Source: Candidatus Sulfomarinibacteraceae bacterium (GTDB lineage Bacteria; Chloroflexota; Limnocylindria; Limnocylindrales; CSP1-4). From it: a DNA stretch of 60,440 nucleotides. Both the position numbers and the translations under genes were made by a program. Under the pieces are notes generated by a model that ran no database searches, was not told the origin of the DNA, and saw nothing but the letters and a program-made list of their open reading frames with translations. Below, one piece after another: positions 8,490 through 17,292 of this stretch. Where the stretch lies: assembly GCA_035466655.1 (NCBI GenBank), contig DATIUS010000052.1:1-60440 (forward strand), in the 5' to 3' direction. Each line of letters starts with the position of its first letter. The stretch's first letter is position 1.

Positions 8490-11435
8490 TTGGCAGGATC
8501 TGTGGGGTTCGCAGAATGGGAACCGAACTTCACAAATCCTACCGGGGGACTGGTGATCTCGGGCGCTCTGCTCCGTCCTCGGCCGACCGACGCGACGCTC
8601 ACGGTGACGAAGGCCGCCCACGTGCTGGGTGTCCATCCGAACACGATCCGTGCGTGGAGCGACGCCGGGCGCCTCCGCTACTACCGGATCAACCCTCGCG
8701 GTGACCGGCGCTACCGGCTCGGCGACCTGCGGCGCTTCCTCGTGAGCGCGGCGAACGGGCCGGCCGTCGACGCGGAGCCCCGCGCCGGCACCGACGGGCA
8801 CCGGGCCAGCATCCGGGCGCGGGTCCCGGGGGCTCGACGCCCGGCCGGCGGCCCCGGCCGTGCCGGCCTCGATGTCCTGGCCGGGCTCGGGAAGATCGCC
8901 GCTTCTGTGATCGGGTCGGTGATCGACCCGGAGACCCTGCTCGGATCTGCCGCCCGGGTGATCCGGGAACGAGCCGGCCTGCGCCAGGTCTCCATCTGGC
9001 GGCTGGACGACACCCGCCTCGTGCCGGTCGGCGTCTCGGGGCCGCCCGGTGCTCGCCTCGTGGAGCGGCCACGCCACACGGGCGTCCTTGGCACGGCCCT
9101 CCGCAAACCCGCAGCGGCGGCGCCCGACGCAACCGGCCGCGAGATCGCGGCGGCGATCCCCGGAGCCGATGGGCCATGGGGCGTCCTCCTCGCGACGACG
9201 GAGGGCGACGGGCCGCCGGCTGCGGAGCTGCGCGATCTGGTCATTGCCGCCGCCGAGGCGATCGCGACGATCGTGCGGGCAGCCGGGGCCGCGGCCGAGG
9301 TCACCCACCACCTCCATCGAGCCGAAGCCCTCCAGCGGGTCGCCGGGGACATCGGGAGCCGCCTGGACCTGGACCAGATCCTGGCTGGCCTCGTGGAGCA
9401 CGCGGCCGGCCTGTTCGGCGGCGATCGCGCCGCGGTCCTGGTCACCCAGCCTGACGGCACGCGTCGCGCGGCGGCGTCGCGGGGCCTCTCGGCGGCCTAT
9501 CTCGCGGGGATCGAGAAGGTCACCAACCGAACCCTGGTCGCCTCCGCGCTCGAGGCAGCGGAGCCCGCCTTCTCGGTGAACTTCCGCGACGACCCGCGGG
9601 CCGCCGAGATCCGGGAGGCGGTCATCGAGGAGGGCTTCGACACGCTCTGCGTGGCCCCGCTCTTCGACGGCCCGGATCGTCCGGCGCTTGGCAGCCTGAA
9701 CATCTATCACGATCGTGCGCATCACTGGAGCCGAGACGAGATCGAGACCATGAGCGCGCTCGCGACCCAGGCCTCGGTCGCGATCCAGACGGCCAGGACG
9801 TACGCCCAGCTCGCGACCTGGGCGGCCCAGCTCCAGTCCATCCAGCAGCTCGGGACACGCCTGAGCCGGCTCGCCACGGTCGAGGAGATCGGGACGACGA
9901 TCGCGACGGAGCTTCAGCAGCTGATCGACTACCACAACGTCCGGGTCTACCGCGTCCGGGGGCACGACCTCGTGCCGGTCGCGATGCACGGCCGGATCGG
10001 CCAGTACGACCACGAGACCGCCGAGCAGATCCGGGTCCAGATCGGGACCGGAATCACCGGCTGGGTCGCCGAACACGGCGTGGCCCAGCTGCTCCACGAT
10101 GCGGCGGCCGACCCGCGGGCGGCCACCGTTCCGGGGACGGAGGCCGATCTCGACGAGTCGATGCTCCTCGCACCGATGATCCATGAGGACCAGGTCCTCG
10201 GCGTGCTCGTCCTCTCGAAGCTGGGGCTCCGCCAGTTCCGTGACGACGACCTTCGGCTGCTGGAGATCTACGCCAGCTTCGCCGGGCAGGCCATGGCGAA
10301 CGCCGACGCGACCGAGCGCCTGACTCGTCAATCGGCGACCCTCGAGCGGCAGATCCGGGGCCAGCGCGAGCTTCTCCAGATCACCGAGTCGATCCTGACC
10401 ACGCTCGACGTGCGGCGCATCCTCGAGGCCGTCGCCGATCGGCTCGGGGAGGTGGTCGGCTGGGACAACGTGGCGATCGAGCTGGTCGAAGGGGGCGACG
10501 GCGCGCTGAACCCGATCGTCGCCAAGGGCGCAGACGCCGCGTACTACCTCAAGCCGTGGCAGCCCGGCGAGGAGGGCCTCGCGACGTGGGTCCTCGCGAG
10601 GAACGAGCCGGTCCTGATCGCCGACCAGTACGGGGACCCGCGCGTGGCCCATCCCGACTCGGGGCCGGCCCACGGCAGCCTGATCTGCGTCCCGCTCCGC
10701 GGCCGGGACCGGGCGATCGGCGTGCTCACCCTGGAGCGAATCGGCGAGGGCCGCACGTTCACCGAGGAGGAGTTCGAGCTGGTGAAGCTCTTTGCGGCCC
10801 AGGTGTCGATCGCGATCCAGAACGCACGCGCGCACGGGGCGCTCGCCCGGCGGGCACAGACCGACGACCTGACCGGCCTGGGCAACCACGGCAGCTTCCG
10901 CGAGCGCCTCGCCGCGTCGGTGGTGGATGGGGCGCCGTTCAGCGTCCTGATGATCGATCTCGACGGGTTCAAGCTCGTCAACGACACGTTCGGCCACGCC
11001 GCGGGCAACGACCTCCTGGCCAAGATGGCTGCCGCGATCGTCGGGGCGAGCCGCGACGCCGACGCGGCGTTCCGGTACGGCGGCGACGAGTTCGCCGTGA
11101 TCCTCGCCGGGACGGACGCGGACCGGGCGGGCCCGGTGGCCGAGCGGATCCGCCGGTCCATCTCGCGGCTCGTCGGACGCGGGTCCGGCCTCCATGCCGC
11201 GGGCCTCCGGCTCGACGCCTCGGCCGGCGTCGCGACGTACCCGGTGGACGGATCGACAGCGGACGAAATCCTGCTCGCCGCCGACCGCGCCTGCTTCGTC
11301 GCGAAGCGGAGCGGCGGTGGACGTGTCGCGACCGCCGCCCAGGGACTGACCCTTGCCGGGGCGTTCGCGCTCCAGGTGCCGACCCCGATCGATCCCGCGC
11401 CCGGGGGCGACGCCGAGGCGCCGGCGGTGCTCTGA
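8490..11435 (+). CDS. Multidomain signalling protein: N-terminal MerR/excisionase-type HTH, four GAF domains, C-terminal GGDEF diguanylate cyclase
   Basis: HTH: LTVTKAAHVLGVHPNTIRAWSDAGRLRYYRINPRGDRRYRLGDLRRFL. Four GAF-like blocks each end in an ...SVAIQ(T/N)A-type helix. GGDEF domain: DDLTGLGNHGSF...DLDGFKLVNDTFGHAAGN...RDADAAFRYGGDEFAV, with an RxxD I-site five residues upstream of GGDEF. Start uncertain: TTG 8490 or a GTG about 60 nt downstream. Confidence 0.9.
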   Translation: MAGSVGFAEWEPNFTNPTGGLVISGALLRPRPTDATLTVTKAAHVLGVHPNTIRAWSDAGRLRYYRINPRGDRRYRLGDLRRFLVSAANGPAVDAEPRAGTDGHRASIRARVPGARRPAGGPGRAGLDVLAGLGKIAASVIGSVIDPETLLGSAARVIRERAGLRQVSIWRLDDTRLVPVGVSGPPGARLVERPRHTGVLGTALRKPAAAAPDATGREIAAAIPGADGPWGVLLATTEGDGPPAAELRDLVIAAAEAIATIVRAAGAAAEVTHHLHRAEALQRVAGDIGSRLDLDQILAGLVEHAAGLFGGDRAAVLVTQPDGTRRAAASRGLSAAYLAGIEKVTNRTLVASALEAAEPAFSVNFRDDPRAAEIREAVIEEGFDTLCVAPLFDGPDRPALGSLNIYHDRAHHWSRDEIETMSALATQASVAIQTARTYAQLATWAAQLQSIQQLGTRLSRLATVEEIGTTIATELQQLIDYHNVRVYRVRGHDLVPVAMHGRIGQYDHETAEQIRVQIGTGITGWVAEHGVAQLLHDAAADPRAATVPGTEADLDESMLLAPMIHEDQVLGVLVLSKLGLRQFRDDDLRLLEIYASFAGQAMANADATERLTRQSATLERQIRGQRELLQITESILTTLDVRRILEAVADRLGEVVGWDNVAIELVEGGDGALNPIVAKGADAAYYLKPWQPGEEGLATWVLARNEPVLIADQYGDPRVAHPDSGPAHGSLICVPLRGRDRAIGVLTLERIGEGRTFTEEEFELVKLFAAQVSIAIQNARAHGALARRAQTDDLTGLGNHGSFRERLAASVVDGAPFSVLMIDLDGFKLVNDTFGHAAGNDLLAKMAAAIVGASRDADAAFRYGGDEFAVILAGTDADRAGPVAERIRRSISRLVGRGSGLHAAGLRLDASAGVATYPVDGSTADEILLAADRACFVAKRSGGGRVATAAQGLTLAGAFALQVPTPIDPAPGGDAEAPAVL

Positions 11436-11518
11436 GGCGGGTGAGCCCGGGGAGCGGTCGGCGCCGGCTTCGCCCGCCCTCGTAACGCCGCGAACCCGAG
11501 TGGCGTCAGACTGGCGCC

Positions 11519-12757
11519 ATGGACGATCCCGAGCGCTCCGCGAGGTCCCCTCAGCCCGTGGCCACGTCCGCCGGCAACCCGCTCGCGACGCCGGCGGCGG
11601 CCGGCCTGCTCGCCGTCGTGCTCGTCGCCCTCGTCGGCGCGATCGTCGTGGCGCCAGGCCTCCTGCCGGGTTCGGCATCGGCCACGCCGGGCGGCGGCGC
11701 GGGCGTCTCGGCCGGATCCGCCGGCCCCGGCGGGACGTCGACCCCGGTGGGCTCGCCGGCGGATTCGCCCGGCTCCACCCCGATCCCGAGCTTCGTCCGG
11801 CCCACGCCGACGCCTGAGCCGACGTTCCGGAGCTATACCGTGCGGCCGGGTGACAGCCTCAATTCGATCGCGGACGCCTTCCTCACCTCCGCCCGCAGCC
11901 TCGCCTGGTGGAACCGCGGCACGTACCCGAACCTCGACCCGGAGTCCGAGGCGTACGACCCGGACCACATCGAGCCGGGCTGGGTGCTCGTCCTCATCCC
12001 CCGGGTGGTCGTCGACGACGCCGCGCCACCGACGCCCAGCCCGGGCCCGCCCTCGCCGGTGCCGACCCCGGCGGCGTCGGCCACGCCCTTCGCGACGCCC
12101 TTCGCCACGCCGACCGCCGGCGGCCCGGCGACCGTCATCAGCCACGGGCCCCGCGGCACCGACCAGGTGGCGCTGACCTTCGACATGGGCGGCCGGCTCG
12201 ATCCTGCGCTCGAGATCGTCGGGTGGCTGATCGACCACGAGATCCACGCGACGATCTTCCCGACCGGCAAGGCCGGCACGACCACCGCGGAAGGCCGCGC
12301 CGTGCTCGAGCTGGCCGCCACCCGGCCGGACCTGCTCGATGTGGGCAATCACTCGTGGGACCATCCTGATTTCACGACCCTGACGGCGGCGCAGGTCGCG
12401 GACCAGCTGGGCTCGACCGAGGACGCCGTCCGCGGTCTCGTCGGGACGTCGACGGCGCCCTGGTTCCGGCCGCCGTACGGCGCCTGGACGGAGGTGGTCA
12501 GGGAGCGAGTCGGAGTGGCCGGCTGGTCCCGGCTCGTGCTCTGGGACGTCGACACCATCGACTGGCGGAGCACGGCCGACGGCGGCCCGACCGCCGACGA
12601 CATCGTCACGAAGGTCGTCTCGACGGCGCAGGGCGGCTCGATCGTGCTCATGCACCTGGGCGGCTGGCACACCCTCGAGGCGCTACCCGGCCTGATCGCC
12701 GGCCTCGGCACGCGGCACCTGACGCCGGTGACCCTCGACGAGATGCTCGGCGGCTGA
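11519..12757 (+). CDS. Membrane-anchored LysM domain plus polysaccharide deacetylase (NodB homology) protein
   Basis: TM LLAVVLVALVGAIVVA. LysM: YTVRPGDSLNSIADAF. NodB motifs: ALTFDMG, HSWDHPDF, RPPYG, LMH. Confidence 0.9.
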   Translation: MDDPERSARSPQPVATSAGNPLATPAAAGLLAVVLVALVGAIVVAPGLLPGSASATPGGGAGVSAGSAGPGGTSTPVGSPADSPGSTPIPSFVRPTPTPEPTFRSYTVRPGDSLNSIADAFLTSARSLAWWNRGTYPNLDPESEAYDPDHIEPGWVLVLIPRVVVDDAAPPTPSPGPPSPVPTPAASATPFATPFATPTAGGPATVISHGPRGTDQVALTFDMGGRLDPALEIVGWLIDHEIHATIFPTGKAGTTTAEGRAVLELAATRPDLLDVGNHSWDHPDFTTLTAAQVADQLGSTEDAVRGLVGTSTAPWFRPPYGAWTEVVRERVGVAGWSRLVLWDVDTIDWRSTADGGPTADDIVTKVVSTAQGGSIVLMHLGGWHTLEALPGLIAGLGTRHLTPVTLDEMLGG

Positions 12758-13279
12758 GTCGTCCGCCGGATCGACGGGCGGCGGCCAGACCTTGTCGAAC
12801 CGCTCGAGGACGACCGGCGTCGCCTCGGTCAGGCGCGTGCCCACCGAATCGAAGTACCAGAGGTGACCGCGACACCAGTCGGCGAGGGTGCGGTCACCCT
12901 CCCCCTCATCCCAGGCGAACGCCTCGTCCACCTCGCCGAAGGGCCGGATCTCCACCGAGGCGGTGCGGACGATGCACAGCGGCCGGCCCTCGCCGTCCAG
13001 GATCACGGAGTGATCCCCGGGCCGAGGCATCGGCTCTCCCTCGCCGTAGTCGGCAACGAGCGACGTGGTCGCCCGCTTCGGGCCGTCCCGCACGAGCAGG
13101 CCGAGCTCGGTCATGAGCGCCGGCTTGCCGTCGTCGCCGAACCCCCAGGCCGTGTACGGCCCGGTTGCGCCGGAGGCGGCCGCGTACTCCGCCCAGAACC
13201 GCGCGACGGCGCCGGGATCCTCCTCGGTCACGGCTCGGGGCAGCTCACCGAGGCAGTATCGCGTCGGGGACCCAGACAT
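12683..13279 (-). CDS. ASCH (PUA-like) domain protein
   Basis: AWGFGDD...GPKRATTSL...PFGEVDEAFAWDEGEGDRTLADWCRGH matches the ASCH/YqfB-like pattern. The 5-prime end overlaps ecfT by 35 nt. The 3-prime end overlaps the convergent deacetylase gene by 75 nt. Confidence 0.8.
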   Translation of the reverse strand: MSGSPTRYCLGELPRAVTEEDPGAVARFWAEYAAASGATGPYTAWGFGDDGKPALMTELGLLVRDGPKRATTSLVADYGEGEPMPRPGDHSVILDGEGRPLCIVRTASVEIRPFGEVDEAFAWDEGEGDRTLADWCRGHLWYFDSVGTRLTEATPVVLERFDKVWPPPVDPADDSAAEHLVEGHRRQVPRAEAGDQAG

Positions 13280-14093
13280 CCGAGCTGGTGGTCGTGAAGC
13301 CCGCCACGGTCGCGACGACGAGCATCGTCACCAGCAGCGCCACGACGATCCGGTCGGTCCCGTCGAAGCGGAGCTCGCGGAGCCACGACCGCGGCCCCGT
13401 GCCAAACCCTCGAAGATCCATCGCGTCGATCGTGTCCTCGGCCCCGACGATGGCGTTGATGACGGTGGGTACGAGGATCGGCCCCTGGCGGCGGATCCGG
13501 CCGAAGAAGCCGCCGGCACCGCGGTCCAGCTCCAGGCCCCGGACGCGCTGGGCATCGATCGTCGTCTGCAGGTCGGCGGCAAGGGACGGGACGAACCGGA
13601 AGGTGAGGTCGATCGCGAACGCGAACCGGTCCGGGATCCCGAGGCGCGCGAACGTCACCCCGAAGTCGGCCGGATGCATCGCGAAGGCGAGCGGGAAGCC
13701 GACCGCGGCCATCGCGAGGAACCGGATCAGCTGGGTGAGCGCGTACATCAGCGACTCGGCCGACACGGGCGTCCCGATGAGCGGCAGGTGGAGGTACACG
13801 TGGAGCCGCTCGGACGGGATCCGCGGCACCTGGCCGCCGGCGATGACCCCGTTCACGAGCACGAGGAGCGTCACGAAGAAGATGACGAAGGCCCACTGAC
13901 GGCGCACTGCCCGGAACGGGATCGCAGCGCTCCGGTAGTAGACGAGGGCGATCCCCGCCAGGGCCAGCATCAGCCGCAGGTCCCACACCTGGATGGCGGT
14001 GAACACGAAGCAGACGACGGTGAGGACGAGCAGGCGGGGGTCCCGCCGGGACAGCCAGGACCCCCGCCCGAGGTAGCGCGGCGTGTAGTTCAC
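13245..14093 (-). CDS. ecfT: ECF transporter transmembrane (T) component, EcfT/CbiQ family
   Basis: Polytopic membrane protein with the conserved coupling region A...RVRGLELD (RG motif) and TIDAMDLRGF. GTG start. Confidence 0.85.
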   Translation of the reverse strand: MNYTPRYLGRGSWLSRRDPRLLVLTVVCFVFTAIQVWDLRLMLALAGIALVYYRSAAIPFRAVRRQWAFVIFFVTLLVLVNGVIAGGQVPRIPSERLHVYLHLPLIGTPVSAESLMYALTQLIRFLAMAAVGFPLAFAMHPADFGVTFARLGIPDRFAFAIDLTFRFVPSLAADLQTTIDAQRVRGLELDRGAGGFFGRIRRQGPILVPTVINAIVGAEDTIDAMDLRGFGTGPRSWLRELRFDGTDRIVVALLVTMLVVATVAGFTTTSSDVWVPDAILPR

Positions 14094-14123
14094 GGCCGGA
14101 CGTGACGCCGGGCCGTCGGCCGA

Positions 14124-14690
14124 TCAGCGGCCCATCCGCTCCTTCACCGGCTCCCACGCGTAGGTGAGCACCGGCACCAGGATGATCGTGGAGACGAGGT
14201 TGCCGATGACCACCGGGATGTACTCCGTGGTGATCACGGTGTTGACGTCGTAGCCGCTGAGGGCCATGTCGGTGAAGACGAACAGGAAGCCGACCAGGAC
14301 GCCGACAATGCCGGCGATCGCGCCTGCGATCGCCCGGTTCATCAGGGTGCCGCCCATCATCCCGGCGAGGTACATCGGTGCGAGGCCGGCGATGAGGCCG
14401 ACGAAGCCGTTCGCCAGGCTCCAGTTCCATGACGTGAGGAGACCCCAGCCGGAGATCTGGTCGCCGATCGCGTTCCCGACGAACCCGGTGAAGAAGCCGA
14501 CGATCGGGCCGAACGCGTAGCCGAAGAACGGAACCAGTGCGAAGGCCGGGCGGGCGCTGACGTCCTTCGTGCCGGGCACCGGCACCTGGAGGACGAGCAG
14601 GACCCCATAGAGCGCGGCACCGATGGCCGCGTAGACGATGACGCGCGAGTCGACGCTCCACATCGAGCGTGAGCTGGACATCGAGGACAT
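14124..14690 (-). CDS. ECF transporter substrate-specific (S) component; substrate unknown
   Basis: About 6-TM small membrane protein with Gly-rich helices (FGPIVGFFTGFVGNAIGD). ATG at 14690 is preceded by AAGGAGGGATCGG. It sits between the ecfA and ecfT genes. Confidence 0.8.
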   Translation of the reverse strand: MSSMSSSRSMWSVDSRVIVYAAIGAALYGVLLVLQVPVPGTKDVSARPAFALVPFFGYAFGPIVGFFTGFVGNAIGDQISGWGLLTSWNWSLANGFVGLIAGLAPMYLAGMMGGTLMNRAIAGAIAGIVGVLVGFLFVFTDMALSGYDVNTVITTEYIPVVIGNLVSTIILVPVLTYAWEPVKERMGR

Positions 14691-14730
14691 CCGATCCCTC
14701 CTTGGATACCCCATTTCAACAACGAGACGG

Positions 14731-16434
14731 TCAGCCAGCGCCGACGGCCGATCCTCCTTCCCTCGTGGTGCCGCCGCCCGGGGCGTCCAGGAGGACGCGA
14801 GCGGCAAGCGTCTCAGCGTCGAGGAACCCGCCGTCCTGGCGCGGCCATCGGGCGTTGGCGCGGATCAGCGACGTCGGGCGAAGGTTGCACGCGATCCAGC
14901 GATCGACGTCCTCGACGACAAGTGCGGGCGGGCCGTCGGCGACGACCTGACCGTCCCTGAACAGCAGGATACGGTCTGCGTGCGTCAATGCAAGGTCCAC
15001 GTCGTGGGTCACGAGGTAGATCGAATCGAGGCCCGGGATCGAGAGGACCTCGCGCATGAACCGCCGGGCGGTACGGTGATCCTGCCCGGCCGATGGCTCG
15101 TCGAGGATCAGGGTTGACGGTTCGAGGGCCAGTGCGATCGCCAGGGCGAGTCGCTTCTGCTGTCCGAAGGACAGCGTGAGCGGGGGTCGCTCGAGGATGT
15201 CCTCGAGCATGTCGAGCGAGGTCCGCCGGAGCGCGTCGGCCACGATCCGCTCGAACGTCGCGGGATCGCGTCCGAGGTTCCGCGGGCCGAAGACGAGCTC
15301 TTCGCGGACGGTCCGCGCGAACAGCATCTGGCTTGGGCTCTGGAAGACGTAGCCGAAGACCCCGGCCAGTTGGGCAACCGTCCGGCCCGTGATCGACGAG
15401 CCGTCGACCCGGATCTCCCCCGCGGTCATCGGGAGGAGCCGCATCGCGGCCCGGAACAGGGTCGTCTTGCCCGAGCCGTTCGGGCCGAGCACGGCGACGA
15501 CCTCGCGGCGTCCGAGCCGAGCATCGACGCCGTGGAGCACCTCGTGATCGCCGTAGCCGGCACGTACACCTGCGTACTCGAGTCGCGGGGCGACGTCCGG
15601 GGCTCCCGGTGGGCCGGGCGGGCGGGTCCGGGGCGGCTCCCCGGCCGCCGCGACGGCGAGGGCGGGCTCGGCCCGGTATCGCGCGAGGACGTCGTCGAAC
15701 GGAAGCTTCACGCCGTCCGGATCGGCGATCCGCAGGAACCCGGCGAGGTCGCCGAGGTAGCGCGCCTCCCCCTCCTCGAGGTAGAGCACCCGGTCCGGGC
15801 GGAGGTCGAGCGCCTCCTCGACGCGGTGCTCCACGATCACGATGGCGTGGCCCTCGTCGGCGAGCCCCCGGAGGATCGCGAGCAGGCGGGCGGCGCTCGC
15901 CGGATCGAGGTTGGCCAGGGGCTCGTCCACGACATAGAGCCGCGGTTCGAGCATGAGGATGCCGCCCATCGCCAGGATCTGGCGCTCGCCGCCCGACAGG
16001 GCCGACGTCTCGCGCCCGAGGAGCGGCCGGAGCCCGGCCCGGTCGGCGACGTCCCCGATCCGGCGCCGGATCTCGGTCCGGTGGATGCCCAGGTTCTCCG
16101 GCCCGAAGGCGAGCTCGGCCTCGACCGTCGCGCCGACGATCTGCTTCGCGGGGTCCTGGAGGACGGTGCCGACGAACCGCGAGATGTCGCGGAGCCGCTG
16201 CTCCCCCGTGGACATGCCGCCGACCCGGACGGCCCCGGAGAGCTCGCCCGGATAGGCGTGCGGGATCAGGCCGTTGATGGCCCGGATGAGCGTGCTCTTG
16301 CCACACCCCGATGGGCCGGCCACGAGGAGGACCTCGCCGGGCTCCACGGTGAGGCGGATGTTGCGGATCGCCGGCACGGTCGCCCGTCGGTAGCGGAAGG
16401 TCAGGTCATCGACCTCGACGATGTGCTCCGCCAC
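14731..16434 (-). CDS. ecfA: Fused double ABC ATPase of an ECF transporter (EcfA1-EcfA2 type)
   Basis: Two Walker A motifs (GPSGCGKST, GPNGSGKTT), two signature motifs (LSGGERQ, LSFGQQKR) and two Walker B motifs (LYVVDEP, TLILDEP). Confidence 0.92.
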   Translation of the reverse strand: MAEHIVEVDDLTFRYRRATVPAIRNIRLTVEPGEVLLVAGPSGCGKSTLIRAINGLIPHAYPGELSGAVRVGGMSTGEQRLRDISRFVGTVLQDPAKQIVGATVEAELAFGPENLGIHRTEIRRRIGDVADRAGLRPLLGRETSALSGGERQILAMGGILMLEPRLYVVDEPLANLDPASAARLLAILRGLADEGHAIVIVEHRVEEALDLRPDRVLYLEEGEARYLGDLAGFLRIADPDGVKLPFDDVLARYRAEPALAVAAAGEPPRTRPPGPPGAPDVAPRLEYAGVRAGYGDHEVLHGVDARLGRREVVAVLGPNGSGKTTLFRAAMRLLPMTAGEIRVDGSSITGRTVAQLAGVFGYVFQSPSQMLFARTVREELVFGPRNLGRDPATFERIVADALRRTSLDMLEDILERPPLTLSFGQQKRLALAIALALEPSTLILDEPSAGQDHRTARRFMREVLSIPGLDSIYLVTHDVDLALTHADRILLFRDGQVVADGPPALVVEDVDRWIACNLRPTSLIRANARWPRQDGGFLDAETLAARVLLDAPGGGTTREGGSAVGAG

Positions 16435-16456
16435 GGGCCCGTTGCGCCTCGTCCGG

Positions 16457-17284
16457 TCAGGCGGCGCGGATGCGCACCGGGCGGTCGAGCGCGAGGCCCA
16501 GCCGCTCCGCCGCGTTGCCCTGGTTATCCGCGAGCGAGAGATTCCCTTCGGAATCCTCCATCAGGAGCGAGGCACCCAGCGGAACGCTGCCGAACGTCCG
16601 CTCCCAGACCGTCGTCTCAACGACCGCGGGGCGCCCGTCGTGGGCGGGGAACTCCACGATGACCCGCCGCCCGGGGGTGAGCGGCCCGATCGCGGCCTCC
16701 AGGTCCGCAGTGGTGCCCGCGAAGGTGACGTTGCCGAAGATGAGGACGTGGGTGATCCGGCTCTCGAGCTCGCCCTCGCGGATCGTCGGGGTCGGGAGGT
16801 CGAGGCGGACGAGCGTCGCCGGATCGATCGCCGGGCCGACCGCCTCGAACGGCGACCCCATCGCCAGGTGCGCGGCAATCGGCGCGAAGACGTCGCGGCC
16901 GTGGAAGCTGCTCGTCACAACGGGCAGCATGAAAGCCCGGTTCTCGAGCGCGCGCGCCGCGACGATCCCGCCGAGCCGCTCGGCGGCGGGCAGGAGGAGC
17001 CCGTTGTCCGGCCCCAGGAGCATGTCGCCCCGGACGACCTTGAGCGCGATCCCCCGGCGGTCCGTCCCCACGCCGGGGTCCACGACAGCGACGTGAACAC
17101 CGATCGGCATGTACGGGAGGGCGAAGACCAGCGTACCGGCGCCCTCGCGGATCGCGTACCGCCGCACCTGGTGGCTGATGTCGATGATCAGCGCATCGGG
17201 TGCAATCCCGTACATGACGCCCCGACAGACCGCCGGGGCGGCCGGCCCGAAATCCGTGGTGAAGGTGATGACCGGGCGGGACAT
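16457..17284 (-). CDS. DUF62-family S-adenosyl-L-methionine hydrolase (SAM:hydroxide adenosyltransferase-like), paralog B
   Basis: ITFTTDFG, VVDPGVGTDRRGIAL, GPDNGLL, SSFHGRDVFAP and FGNV. The internal ATG at 17284 was chosen. Track ORF 16457..18442 reads through antisense or out-of-frame sequence. Confidence 0.88.
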   Translation of the reverse strand: MSRPVITFTTDFGPAAPAVCRGVMYGIAPDALIIDISHQVRRYAIREGAGTLVFALPYMPIGVHVAVVDPGVGTDRRGIALKVVRGDMLLGPDNGLLLPAAERLGGIVAARALENRAFMLPVVTSSFHGRDVFAPIAAHLAMGSPFEAVGPAIDPATLVRLDLPTPTIREGELESRITHVLIFGNVTFAGTTADLEAAIGPLTPGRRVIVEFPAHDGRPAVVETTVWERTFGSVPLGASLLMEDSEGNLSLADNQGNAAERLGLALDRPVRIRAA

Positions 17285-17292
17285 GGCGCTCC

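Noticed and set aside
11436-11481. Imperfect hairpin (ggcggg...cccgcc) after the GGDEF gene as a terminator
   Set aside because: The stem has several internal mismatches and no U tract. It is not clearly better than background GC-rich self-complementarity.
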